Source: a virus
Lineage: Duplodnaviria; Caudoviricetes
Virus record (IMG/VR): IMGVR_UViG_3300042892_001926
Coordinates: 1-52,688 of that record
Direction: 5' to 3' (one strand)
Length of the DNA stretch: 52,688 nt
The position numbers and the translations under genes are program-made. Shown here in pieces: positions 35,129-43,483 of the stretch (positions are counted from its first letter, which is position 1; each line of letters starts with the position of its first letter). The notes beneath the pieces were generated by a model that saw only the letters and a list, made by a program, of their open reading frames with translations, searched no databases and was not told the DNA's origin.

Positions 35129-35404
35129 ATGTTTTCAATGTTCGCACCATATCTTACGCTCGACGCACACATCGAAGCGTTTCAAACTACCAAGCGCGGT
35201 TTGACAGACAAGGTCATTACTGACCCAACACTCAACAAAGCAGCACACCAATACATCGATGCTCAAACAGCATTTGCTAAAATGTTGGCCAAGAACTTTA
35301 CTGATCTTGCCAAATATTCTGTAGACTCTTACGCCAGTAAGGTGTTTCCACAGACCACAGCAGTCAAGGCTGAGACTGCACAGGCTAAAAAAGCCACTGC
35401 CTAA
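35129..35404 (+). CDS. Phasin-like amphipathic helical protein
   Basis: All-helical, Ala/Lys-rich tail, IDAQTAFAK; AAGGAG RBS. Confidence 0.5.
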   Translation: MFSMFAPYLTLDAHIEAFQTTKRGLTDKVITDPTLNKAAHQYIDAQTAFAKMLAKNFTDLAKYSVDSYASKVFPQTTAVKAETAQAKKATA

Positions 35405-35428
35405 GACATACACACAAAGGAGAACCAT

Positions 35429-35695
35429 ATGTCAGATTTTACCCCAAAACTACCCGAAGTTAAATTCAATAAGAACGGATATGAAATCCGCACAGACATT
35501 CTTGGCATGGCCAAAAGCCTAGTACAAGACGACTTCCATGCCAAATTTCAAGGCTGGGAAATGACTGCTACTCGTGATGAGAAGACTGGTCAAATCGTTA
35601 GTAAAGTTGAAATGCCACAATTTCCAGGACTAGAGAAAGTGTTGGAAACAGCAGAGAAAATGTATGCATTTGTCAATGCTGGCACTAAGAAATAA
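35429..35695 (+). CDS. Conserved phage hypothetical protein
   Basis: KNGYEIRTDIL.MAK...P....VLETAEKMY.FV. Confidence 0.75.
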   Translation: MSDFTPKLPEVKFNKNGYEIRTDILGMAKSLVQDDFHAKFQGWEMTATRDEKTGQIVSKVEMPQFPGLEKVLETAEKMYAFVNAGTKK

Positions 35696-35755
35696 ATATT
35701 AAGATATTAAAAAATTATTAGTGGCGTAGCCTAAAAATATATTATAGTAGAAATA

Positions 35756-35781
35756 GAAAAGCCCCTTAATTGGGGCTTTTC
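35756..35781. terminator. Bidirectional terminator between convergent genes
   Basis: GAAAAGCCCC-TTAATT-GGGGCTTTTC. Confidence 0.85.
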
Positions 35782-35800
35782 TTATGGTAATTTACTTGTG

Positions 35801-36901
35801 TTAGTTAAACGCTACCCAAGCACTGCCATTGTATCCAAAGAATGTAGTTCCTGCCAATACCATCATTCCTGCTACAGGAGTTGGAATAGCTGTATCTCTA
35901 GCAGCAGTATCAGCATAACTTCTTGTTTGGATGAAACCAGTTGATGCAACAATTCCTCCGGCAACGGTCAAAGTATTTGCTACTCTAACACCACCAGATG
36001 CACTTATAATCCATCGTCCTGTACCGTCGTTTGATGAAACAATAGACAAGGTCGATGTAGTTGCATTTTGCTCACTATTATTATCGTAACCAAACATTCC
36101 AACCTTGTCGCCGCCGACAAAGAATCCACTAGCAGCACGTTGATTTGCATCAACATTACCTATAAACATGGTATCACCAGTTTGTAATGGAGGTTGGCCA
36201 ACAGCAATTTTTAATGCATTCAGTGCATTGCCTTCTACACAGGCAATAACACTGTGACTACTAGTAGTTGTTGCCCAATCTCCTTCCATCCATATGTGCG
36301 GAGTTAGAACAGGGGCATCTGTTGTCAATTTACCAACAACTCCTATTTTTGCGTAGGCCAGCGAGTCGGCGCTGTCAACAGTACCGCTACCATTAATATC
36401 AAAGTTTCGAGTTAAATTTCCCTTTGATGTTTTTATTGTGTTAGCAAAGGTTGCACTACCAGAGGCAAGTGTCAACACAGTTTTTTCTGTTGCACCACTT
36501 CTTGTTGTAAACACCAATTTGGAATTTAAACTGCCTGCAGATACTGATCCAGTATCAACTTGTGCAGTAATATTGGCTGCGTTTACTGTGTTTCCAGCAG
36601 CGGTATTGGCTCTAAACTGTAATTTTCCAATTACATCATTGACCTGAACAGGTGATTGAGAAAAGTATGTGCCTCGTGAACGAGTAAGGGTAATAGATGT
36701 GGTGTCAGCAGTAGCATGATGCTGATTCAAAAACATCATGCTGGTGTTGCTGCTTCTAATGGCTTGAATACTGCCACCGTTGAGTTGTAGTGTTGTGGCG
36801 CTTGGTGTCCACGTCAAAGGTATTATTGCAGTTAAATCTGTACCTGTGGTTGCATAGTAAGGTAATGTGAACCTTGCTCCGCTAAAAATTGTGTTTGCCA
36901 T
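35801..36901 (-). CDS. Tail-fibre-like virion protein
   Basis: Thr/Ser/Gly-rich; RSRGT...D.IG fibre motif; C-terminal ARD.AIPTP..GM...F.GYNGSAW; late promoter. Confidence 0.7.
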   Translation of the reverse strand: MANTIFSGARFTLPYYATTGTDLTAIIPLTWTPSATTLQLNGGSIQAIRSSNTSMMFLNQHHATADTTSITLTRSRGTYFSQSPVQVNDVIGKLQFRANTAAGNTVNAANITAQVDTGSVSAGSLNSKLVFTTRSGATEKTVLTLASGSATFANTIKTSKGNLTRNFDINGSGTVDSADSLAYAKIGVVGKLTTDAPVLTPHIWMEGDWATTTSSHSVIACVEGNALNALKIAVGQPPLQTGDTMFIGNVDANQRAASGFFVGGDKVGMFGYDNNSEQNATTSTLSIVSSNDGTGRWIISASGGVRVANTLTVAGGIVASTGFIQTRSYADTAARDTAIPTPVAGMMVLAGTTFFGYNGSAWVAFN

Positions 36902-36953
36902 TTGTTAGATCTCCTTGTTACTAACTGTTGTTCAAACTATTTATTAAAATAAC

Positions 36954-37496
36954 TCAAGTTCGTTGTTCTATCACTGTCCAATCGATGATTTTCCAGATAT
37001 TGTCCAGGTATTTGGACTTGTTGCTTTGATAGTCCAGGGCCCAAGCATGTTCCCACCAGTCCACCAGCAGCACAATATCCTGCCGAATCTCGTGATTCAC
37101 AATGGTTTTGATTTTGCCGTCACGAGCCAAATACACCCAACCACTGCCTTGTATGGTCATGGCAATTTTTGAAAACTTTGTTTTGAAATCATCAAAGTTT
37201 TTGTAATGCTGCTGTATAAAATTCAAACAAGCCGTGTTGGGCGTGTTGTTGTTTTTGGGTTCAATAAACTGACTGAAATATCGTGCGTGTAAAAAGGCAC
37301 CAGCTTCGTTGAAATCCATGTCACCTTCGCCATCGTTGTACCTTTCCACATACCCTTTGTACAATTCGCCGTAGTGATATTCCAACGTTTGTTTGCTTTT
37401 GACTGGATCAAGATCGTTCAAAGAGTAAGGCAACTTTATACGTTCTAGTTTTTTTGGAATCTTGCCTTCCACAATGGTTTTGATAAAATTGTACAT
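36954..37496 (-). CDS. sod: Fe/Mn superoxide dismutase
   Basis: LPY...L.P, YH, FLH..YF, GSGW, DWWEHAW. Confidence 0.88.
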   Translation of the reverse strand: MYNFIKTIVEGKIPKKLERIKLPYSLNDLDPVKSKQTLEYHYGELYKGYVERYNDGEGDMDFNEAGAFLHARYFSQFIEPKNNNTPNTACLNFIQQHYKNFDDFKTKFSKIAMTIQGSGWVYLARDGKIKTIVNHEIRQDIVLLVDWWEHAWALDYQSNKSKYLDNIWKIIDWTVIEQRT

Positions 37497-37524
37497 CTTA
37501 CTGACAGTTGATTGTGTTGACCAT

Positions 37525-38055
37525 TCAACAGTTCCATTTGCGCAAAGCCAGGGCCTTGCGAGTTGGTTTGCCGTTGGGCTTTTTCATAGGACCTTTGACA
37601 CCTCCCATTCTGGCACAGAAACTTTTACGGCGCTTGGCTGCTTTGCTGCCTGGCTTTAGTTTTGAAGGCTTAGTAGTAACTGCTGTTTGCAGTTTTGAAC
37701 CTGGATTTTCTCTACGGTAACTGGCCACACCCTTGGCATTGAGCCCTCCGCTTTTGCTTTTGCCAGCACTACGGCGCCACGCAGCAGTTTCTAACAATTC
37801 GTCATCGTTGACACTGTCAAAGTCTTCCCAGATAACATCTGGATCAACTCCATGTTCTTCTGCCAGTTGTTCAACCAAATCTTCAATAAGATCAAACTGT
37901 TCATCCAGAGTCAATTCTTCTTTGATTTTTTCGCAATCATTTACACGCTTGCCTTTATTCTTACCAGTTCCAGGTTGTGTGCCAGTTTTTCTATGTCCAG
38001 GCCAACATTTCTTTGGACCTGCTACGCCTTCGATGATAAATTCTTTTGCTTTCAT
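37525..38055 (-). CDS. DUF6321-like basic head-associated protein
   Basis: KCWPG...VNDC module plus GGLNAKG...RRKSFCARMGG. Confidence 0.7.
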   Translation of the reverse strand: MKAKEFIIEGVAGPKKCWPGHRKTGTQPGTGKNKGKRVNDCEKIKEELTLDEQFDLIEDLVEQLAEEHGVDPDVIWEDFDSVNDDELLETAAWRRSAGKSKSGGLNAKGVASYRRENPGSKLQTAVTTKPSKLKPGSKAAKRRKSFCARMGGVKGPMKKPNGKPTRKALALRKWNC

Positions 38056-38870
38056 TTCTTTTTAGCCCTTCCTGCTTTCATATTAGCCATCCAATGTGCC
38101 AGTTGGCCTTTGCGGCCGCCTTGTTTGGCAACTTTGCGTAATGTACTCACACTGGCTTTGGTTGGAACACCATGTCGCTTGCTGTCGCCTTTGTCCTGTG
38201 GGTTCCGCCCGTCGGCAAAGTTTTCCTCTACACCGCCGCCTGCATCTCCACCGTTGCCGCTGTAGCCTGCATCAAACCCGTACCAACCGTAAGGTCCCGG
38301 ATCGTAGGCTGCACTTTTAACTTTTTTACGTTTACGTTTGCGTTCTTCGATGGAATCTGTGCTTTCGTTTTTGTTACGACCTTGGCAATGAGCACGTTGA
38401 CTGAATCCTTTGGGATTGCTGCAATTTATACTGCTTTTGTATTTTTTGGTCCAGGATTCGCTGATCACTGGTCTGTCGCTTAGATATTCTGGATACTGTT
38501 TGTTGAAGTGACGCATCACTATACCAGCCATGGCGTGGGCTTCATTTTCTTCTGCACTGCCTGTTGTGCCGCTTTCGTCATCCAGTTGGTGTTCTGTATC
38601 TTGTTTGTAATGCTGTAGTTCGTGTGCCACAGTTCTCAAGATATCGTTGGGATGACGATTTACCAGTGCAACATACAGCACATTTTCACCAGTCACATAC
38701 ATGCCAAATGTGGGTTGCCCTGTGGATTCTATTTTCTTTTCAAAAACTATCTTGGGCAAACTATCCAATTTGAGATATTGCATAGCAAGTGGTAAGAATT
38801 TGGAGAACATTTCTACAAATCTTTCTTTGCTTCCATTGGTGCTTTCGGTAATAAACTGTTTTGCTCGCAT
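38052..38870 (-). CDS. HExxH metallopeptidase-like domain plus basic modules (head-internal candidate)
   Basis: RTVAHELQH...ENEA; INCSNPKGFSQRAHC and NFADGRNP modules; TAAATA 4 nt upstream. Confidence 0.7.
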   Translation of the reverse strand: MRAKQFITESTNGSKERFVEMFSKFLPLAMQYLKLDSLPKIVFEKKIESTGQPTFGMYVTGENVLYVALVNRHPNDILRTVAHELQHYKQDTEHQLDDESGTTGSAEENEAHAMAGIVMRHFNKQYPEYLSDRPVISESWTKKYKSSINCSNPKGFSQRAHCQGRNKNESTDSIEERKRKRKKVKSAAYDPGPYGWYGFDAGYSGNGGDAGGGVEENFADGRNPQDKGDSKRHGVPTKASVSTLRKVAKQGGRKGQLAHWMANMKAGRAKKK

Positions 38871-38882
38871 GACATATTTAGT

Positions 38883-38976
38883 TCCGCTTACTTTATACGG
38901 AGTCAAGTACGCCTGACAGTTCAATTGCGCGGACGCCTGGGCCTAAGCCCCCGTGACGACAACGGTCCCTAAGGTG
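38883..38976 (-). ncRNA. Candidate structured RNA element
   Basis: GC-rich stretch with hairpins CCGT/ACGG, GGGC/GCCC, GTCAGG/CTTGAC, TCCG/CGGA and a closing GGAC/GTCC. Confidence 0.45.
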
Positions 38977-39187
38977 AGAAGGGCAAGTCTCCGCTTTCCT
39001 TCTTTTGAGGAAGTAGAGACAAATTTTTGTTGTTCAGTTGGGATAGTTTTATCAAATAATTTATATTCTGTACTTGGTATTTTTATAACCTTTCCGTTTA
39101 GATCAACTACTGGAACCATTCTAAGGTGGGTTCTCATCATCTGGATATGGTATTCCTGCCATACCCAAACCAAATCTAGCCAATGCC

Positions 39188-39265
39188 TCAAACAGGGCTG
39201 TAAGGATTTCTTGGACGGTCATAACCATCATCTTCTGGGTAGACTGGATAGTTGTTTGGGTTCAT
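39188..39265 (-). CDS. Micro-ORF (25 aa)
   Basis: MNPNNYPVYPEDDGYDRPRNPYSPV*, TAATG-coupled to the nuclease stop. Confidence 0.4.
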   Translation of the reverse strand: MNPNNYPVYPEDDGYDRPRNPYSPV

Positions 39266-39717
39266 TAATTGCACCAGCTTTGTTTAGCTTCGCCGTAGTA
39301 TTCACGGGCAAAACCGTTGGCAATTAAGGCGGCACGTAGACTCTGTCCGTTAATTAAAAGATCGCCCAGCACACGACCACCGAACTTGTCCCAGCCATAC
39401 ATTGTAACTTGAAACTTGCCGCCCTGAGCTGCTGCCTGTGCAATGGCATTTTTAGTAAACGCACTTGCTGCCTCTCCGCGTTGTGCTTCACTTGGGCACT
39501 GGGCGCGGAATCCTTTTTCAGGAGTGTCTACACCAAACACACGAATAGCCAACTCTGGCTTTAATGGTTTAGGTAGGAACGGTGCTGCAATAACAACAGT
39601 GTCGCCATCAGTAATACGCAGAATCTGTGCGTCATACGTAGCACCTTGTGGTGTCTTTTGTGCCAAGGCAGGTAATGCCGCGGCAGCAATTAATAGGGTT
39701 AATAATAGTTTTTTCAT
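39265..39717 (-). CDS. Secreted thermonuclease (SNase-like)
   Basis: Signal peptide, DGDT, RVFGVDTPE, DKFGGRVL. Confidence 0.88.
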   Translation of the reverse strand: MKKLLLTLLIAAAALPALAQKTPQGATYDAQILRITDGDTVVIAAPFLPKPLKPELAIRVFGVDTPEKGFRAQCPSEAQRGEAASAFTKNAIAQAAAQGGKFQVTMYGWDKFGGRVLGDLLINGQSLRAALIANGFAREYYGEAKQSWCN

Positions 39718-39733
39718 AATGTATGTATTTATA

Positions 39734-41569
39734 TTAGTTGTGTTCTTGCCAGTTTACAATGCCCACAGCATCATCGTTGTTGGTAGTGGCTATTGCCGCC
39801 AAACACCAAATATCTGATACACCTGCTATAGTTCTACCCAACTGTTGACTAAAGTCTATTTCATTGCTTGTAACTTGAGCAGATCCACCCTTGTTAGATC
39901 CTACAAATACACCTTGTGTTATTACTTTACCGCCAGATAATGCAGTAGCAGATATATCGTATTCTACTGTGCTGTCTGTGTCAGCACTGGTCCAGTCAGC
40001 ATTGGTCAGTGTGGGGTTTAATATTACTCTGTAAGAAAACGCTGCCAGTTGTAGTCCATATACATCAAATGCTGTAGGAATCACAATAGAGTCTAGGGCT
40101 GTTGACTTCATACGCAAACAGACTAATGGTCTCCAAGCAGTGTCACTAAGATTTTTACCAGTTAGTGCTGTTCCTATAGCACGGGTAAAACTGCGATTAC
40201 TATGCCCGCCTTCTGACATAACTGTACTACAGATTGCTCGCATTGCGGCTGCGGGTCCAGTGCTGATCAATTCATATCGTAGGGGTAACGTAGCACTGGT
40301 CATATAGACCTTGTTTAATATGTTGGCATGGTGAAAACTGTGACAAACAATGAACTGTCCATTAACAACAAATCCACAACGTACTGTTCCCACACCCAAC
40401 CATTCTATATCTGTCCAGAAGATTTGTGCTTTGGTTACATCTAATGTTATTCCGCTGGCGCCAGTTCCATCTAATTTATCACCATTCCACAAACTTTGGG
40501 GGAATTTTTCCGTAGTGTCATCTACTGAACCAGAAGTGTATTTTCTAATAACTAGATTTTTTGTGGTGTCTGCTACTTCAAAGTAGATGCCGTTCTGTGC
40601 TCCGAAATAGCCTGCTCGTTGTGTAACGCCAGCGGTAGGAGTGTTCATAACAAAGGTCAGCAGAACCAATAGACTCTTACCAGGCTGGTAGGAAAATACC
40701 TGTTTAGTCTGACGAATGGCCGATCCTGCTCCTGTAGCGTTCATCAGTATGGAACTTTCGTTAGGTAAGAAAGAGGAAGTGACAGAGCCTGTGTCCGCTT
40801 GGTCCCACTTGTATGTATTGTCAAAGTAACGCAGACCACCATCGAACAGTGTATATGGATTACTTACACGCAGTCTACCAAACGCATCAGTGGCCGCTGC
40901 CCCTAAAGTTACAGCACTGGTGCCAGTTAGGGTAGCATTTACATTACCACTAACGGGTATTGGATTACCTACATCGTTTTTAATCTCCACTTCTGGCAGG
41001 CTTGAGATAGCAACTGTGCCAGTTATGTTCCACGGTGTTGTACCTTGGTACACAGTGGATGTGGTGGGGAAATTAGTTACGGCAATGCTGGTATTGCTTA
41101 TTGTTAGTGTATTGCTTACAAATACAGTAGATGTAAAATTACTAACACTAACTGTACCAGTAATAACAGGCAAACTACTTACTGCTACTGTTCCGCTGAC
41201 TGCTGGCATCGAATTTACATTTACAGTTGATGTAAAATTACTTACCGTAACTGTTCCAGTAATAGCAGGTAGGCTTGCTATGTTTACCGTTGATGTAAAG
41301 TTACTGACTACAACTTGTCCGTTGGTTCCTATGCTAACAGTCCAGGTACCCTCTTGACGAACACTAATGCTTTCTAATGCGGCCAGTGTTGAACTGCTTA
41401 AACTTACAGTGTCAACAATGACATCACCTTCGAGATTGATGCCATCAACGTGTACACGAGCCACGGGTTGCCCCTGGCTGTTGTACTGCATAGTCTTATG
41501 AATATTTAGAAGATTGCTCTCCTGTGGATGTTCATAGGCTGTGCTGTTCTGATAGCGATCTACTGACAT
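39734..41569 (-). CDS. Virion structural protein with internal V.VSNF..TV repeats and C-terminal beta-sandwich
   Basis: Repeats of VSNFTSTV; DAFGRLRVSNP, YQPGKS, WLGVG motifs. Confidence 0.75.
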   Translation of the reverse strand: MSVDRYQNSTAYEHPQESNLLNIHKTMQYNSQGQPVARVHVDGINLEGDVIVDTVSLSSSTLAALESISVRQEGTWTVSIGTNGQVVVSNFTSTVNIASLPAITGTVTVSNFTSTVNVNSMPAVSGTVAVSSLPVITGTVSVSNFTSTVFVSNTLTISNTSIAVTNFPTTSTVYQGTTPWNITGTVAISSLPEVEIKNDVGNPIPVSGNVNATLTGTSAVTLGAAATDAFGRLRVSNPYTLFDGGLRYFDNTYKWDQADTGSVTSSFLPNESSILMNATGAGSAIRQTKQVFSYQPGKSLLVLLTFVMNTPTAGVTQRAGYFGAQNGIYFEVADTTKNLVIRKYTSGSVDDTTEKFPQSLWNGDKLDGTGASGITLDVTKAQIFWTDIEWLGVGTVRCGFVVNGQFIVCHSFHHANILNKVYMTSATLPLRYELISTGPAAAMRAICSTVMSEGGHSNRSFTRAIGTALTGKNLSDTAWRPLVCLRMKSTALDSIVIPTAFDVYGLQLAAFSYRVILNPTLTNADWTSADTDSTVEYDISATALSGGKVITQGVFVGSNKGGSAQVTSNEIDFSQQLGRTIAGVSDIWCLAAIATTNNDDAVGIVNWQEHN

Positions 41570-41570
41570 A

Positions 41571-41789
41571 TTAAATCCAAGGACGACCGTAAACTAAGCC
41601 ACCCACGTTAGGATTGTCTACAACTAAGTTCGTATTGTTGCTCGAAGTAGAATATACTGTAGGTAGTTGGGTAATGTCTAATGTGTCTCTAGGATTGCCA
41701 TCAGCTGATCTATCTGCGGCAGCAAGAGCAAGTTTTGCAGCCTGCCTTTCTGCTTTTGTAGGTAAATGGGCAATTCCGTTCAGTGACAT
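41571..41789 (-). CDS. Hypothetical protein
   Basis: 72 aa, coupled; ends GRPW. Confidence 0.7.
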   Translation of the reverse strand: MSLNGIAHLPTKAERQAAKLALAAADRSADGNPRDTLDITQLPTVYSTSSNNTNLVVDNPNVGGLVYGRPWI

Positions 41790-42088
41790 TATTTTGCTCC
41801 ATAGTTTGGATAAAGGCTAGGAGCATTTGTTCTAATATCTGACGGACTACCTGCGCCTAATGTGCCTAGACCTACTGCGGTAGTGACACTTTCAATGCCT
41901 TGCACATGTTCGTCTGGGCTATTGTCGTAAATGCTAGCAGATTTTACTTCTACAGGTTCTGCAGAAAGTTGTGCAAATAGTTGTGCAAAAGCACCGCCGA
42001 TTGGATCTGCTTGTTTGGGTTCTTCTTGGGCACATTCAACTTGATCAATAAGATCCAGCACGCCACGAATAATTTCAGTTGCTCTCAT
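41789..42088 (-). CDS. Hypothetical protein
   Basis: MRATEII N-terminus; TAAATA 7 nt upstream. Confidence 0.7.
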   Translation of the reverse strand: MRATEIIRGVLDLIDQVECAQEEPKQADPIGGAFAQLFAQLSAEPVEVKSASIYDNSPDEHVQGIESVTTAVGLGTLGAGSPSDIRTNAPSLYPNYGAK

Positions 42089-42098
42089 AATGTTATAT

Positions 42099-42518
42099 TT
42101 ACCGTTTAAAGTTGAACGCTATACTAATCCTAACCTGCTCACTGGTATTAGGTAGTACTCTATGTTCTAAACTACCAGGAAATACTAGCAAATCGCCCGC
42201 TTGAGGAGTTTCAGTCCAATATGCTCCGCCCTGCCTAAACTCTATAAGACCTCCGGGTACTTGTACATACAGTACACCAACCTTGTGCCAACGATCGTGA
42301 GCGTGCCAACCGGTGCGTTCTCCTTGCGTATTGACATTAAACCACCAAGAATCTATTGTACCTTCCTGTGCTTCCACAGCCTTATAAGTTGACTCAAACC
42401 ACGAAAAAGGCTGGTCAGTGTAGGGCCTACTCTGCCAGCCTCTTGTGCCTCTATCTCTAGGATCTAGTTCACGCTGATGTTGGATGTGTCCAGCAAGATC
42501 TCTAGGTAGGTCTATCAT
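42099..42518 (-). CDS. 2OG-Fe(II) oxygenase family protein
   Basis: WFNVN...WHAH...GVLY...FPGSLEHRV...RISIAFN. Confidence 0.85.
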   Translation of the reverse strand: MIDLPRDLAGHIQHQRELDPRDRGTRGWQSRPYTDQPFSWFESTYKAVEAQEGTIDSWWFNVNTQGERTGWHAHDRWHKVGVLYVQVPGGLIEFRQGGAYWTETPQAGDLLVFPGSLEHRVLPNTSEQVRISIAFNFKR

Positions 42519-43474
42519 CACGGAGCATCTATTGCCCAGTACGCACTAGCACCATAGTTGAGATAACTAGAGCCATCAAAGTATAAACTGCCGCCCACTG
42601 ATGGCGGTGTGAATGTCCAGGTATAGATACCAGGGGCTGGAGTAAAGTTTACACCAATTATAATGTAGTTGCCTTGGTCAACGGCATCACTGGTCACTGT
42701 GCCTGTTTGACCGGCACCGTCGCTGACTGTCCATCCTGTCTTGACATTTATTAGATCACTGTTGTAGTAGGATCCATTGAAGTCGATAGTACCGGGGCCT
42801 TGAGTATTGCTCATTTGTGTGTAAGGGGATGCCGCAGTAAATGGAGTGTCACTGCTCCAAGTCACTGATCCTGTTTCTGATGCTATTGCTGTTTCGGCAA
42901 TATTATAAAATTGACTATTTTCATTTAATGCGGGCAGTAGGAATACTGAACCTGTGGCGAGTTGTAAAGGTGTTGTTGGTACTGTGAAGGTGTTAGGATC
43001 AGTATATTTGGCCACACCCCTCATAATGTGTAGATTGGTGATGTAGCCTTTGAAAGTGCCCGCACCCAATTCACCTGTGCCCACATATAATGGTACATTG
43101 GTTCCAGTTATTAGTTCGGTGCTGGTAATACCTTGAGGAGGAGTGTACAATGTGCCATTGATATAGCCTCGGATCACACCGCTACTACGCACATAGGCTA
43201 TGTGACGCCACCCTGCTCCAATGTGACTCTGTGCGGTGTTGTTGACAGAACTGTTATTGACCCAGAAGTAGTCACTAAGACCATTCTCATAACTTATAGC
43301 CAACTGTTGTGTGGGATATAAACCCATAGACCAGGGACGAGGATTGTTGTTGTTGTTTTCAACCTTCTGCCACCATTCAATGGTAAAGTCTGCTGGACCC
43401 GGCCCGCCGCCTCCGCCACCACCTCCGCCGCCACCGGCGGAGCCTGCTGTCATTAATATCTGTGATATAGGCAT
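42518..43474 (-). CDS. LamG/concanavalin-A-like tail protein
   Basis: Poly-Gly linker, DFTIEWW, WRHIAYVR, GYITNL, GGSLYFDG. Confidence 0.75.
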   Translation of the reverse strand: MPISQILMTAGSAGGGGGGGGGGGPGPADFTIEWWQKVENNNNNPRPWSMGLYPTQQLAISYENGLSDYFWVNNSSVNNTAQSHIGAGWRHIAYVRSSGVIRGYINGTLYTPPQGITSTELITGTNVPLYVGTGELGAGTFKGYITNLHIMRGVAKYTDPNTFTVPTTPLQLATGSVFLLPALNENSQFYNIAETAIASETGSVTWSSDTPFTAASPYTQMSNTQGPGTIDFNGSYYNSDLINVKTGWTVSDGAGQTGTVTSDAVDQGNYIIIGVNFTPAPGIYTWTFTPPSVGGSLYFDGSSYLNYGASAYWAIDAP

Positions 43475-43483
43475 GGTGTCTCC

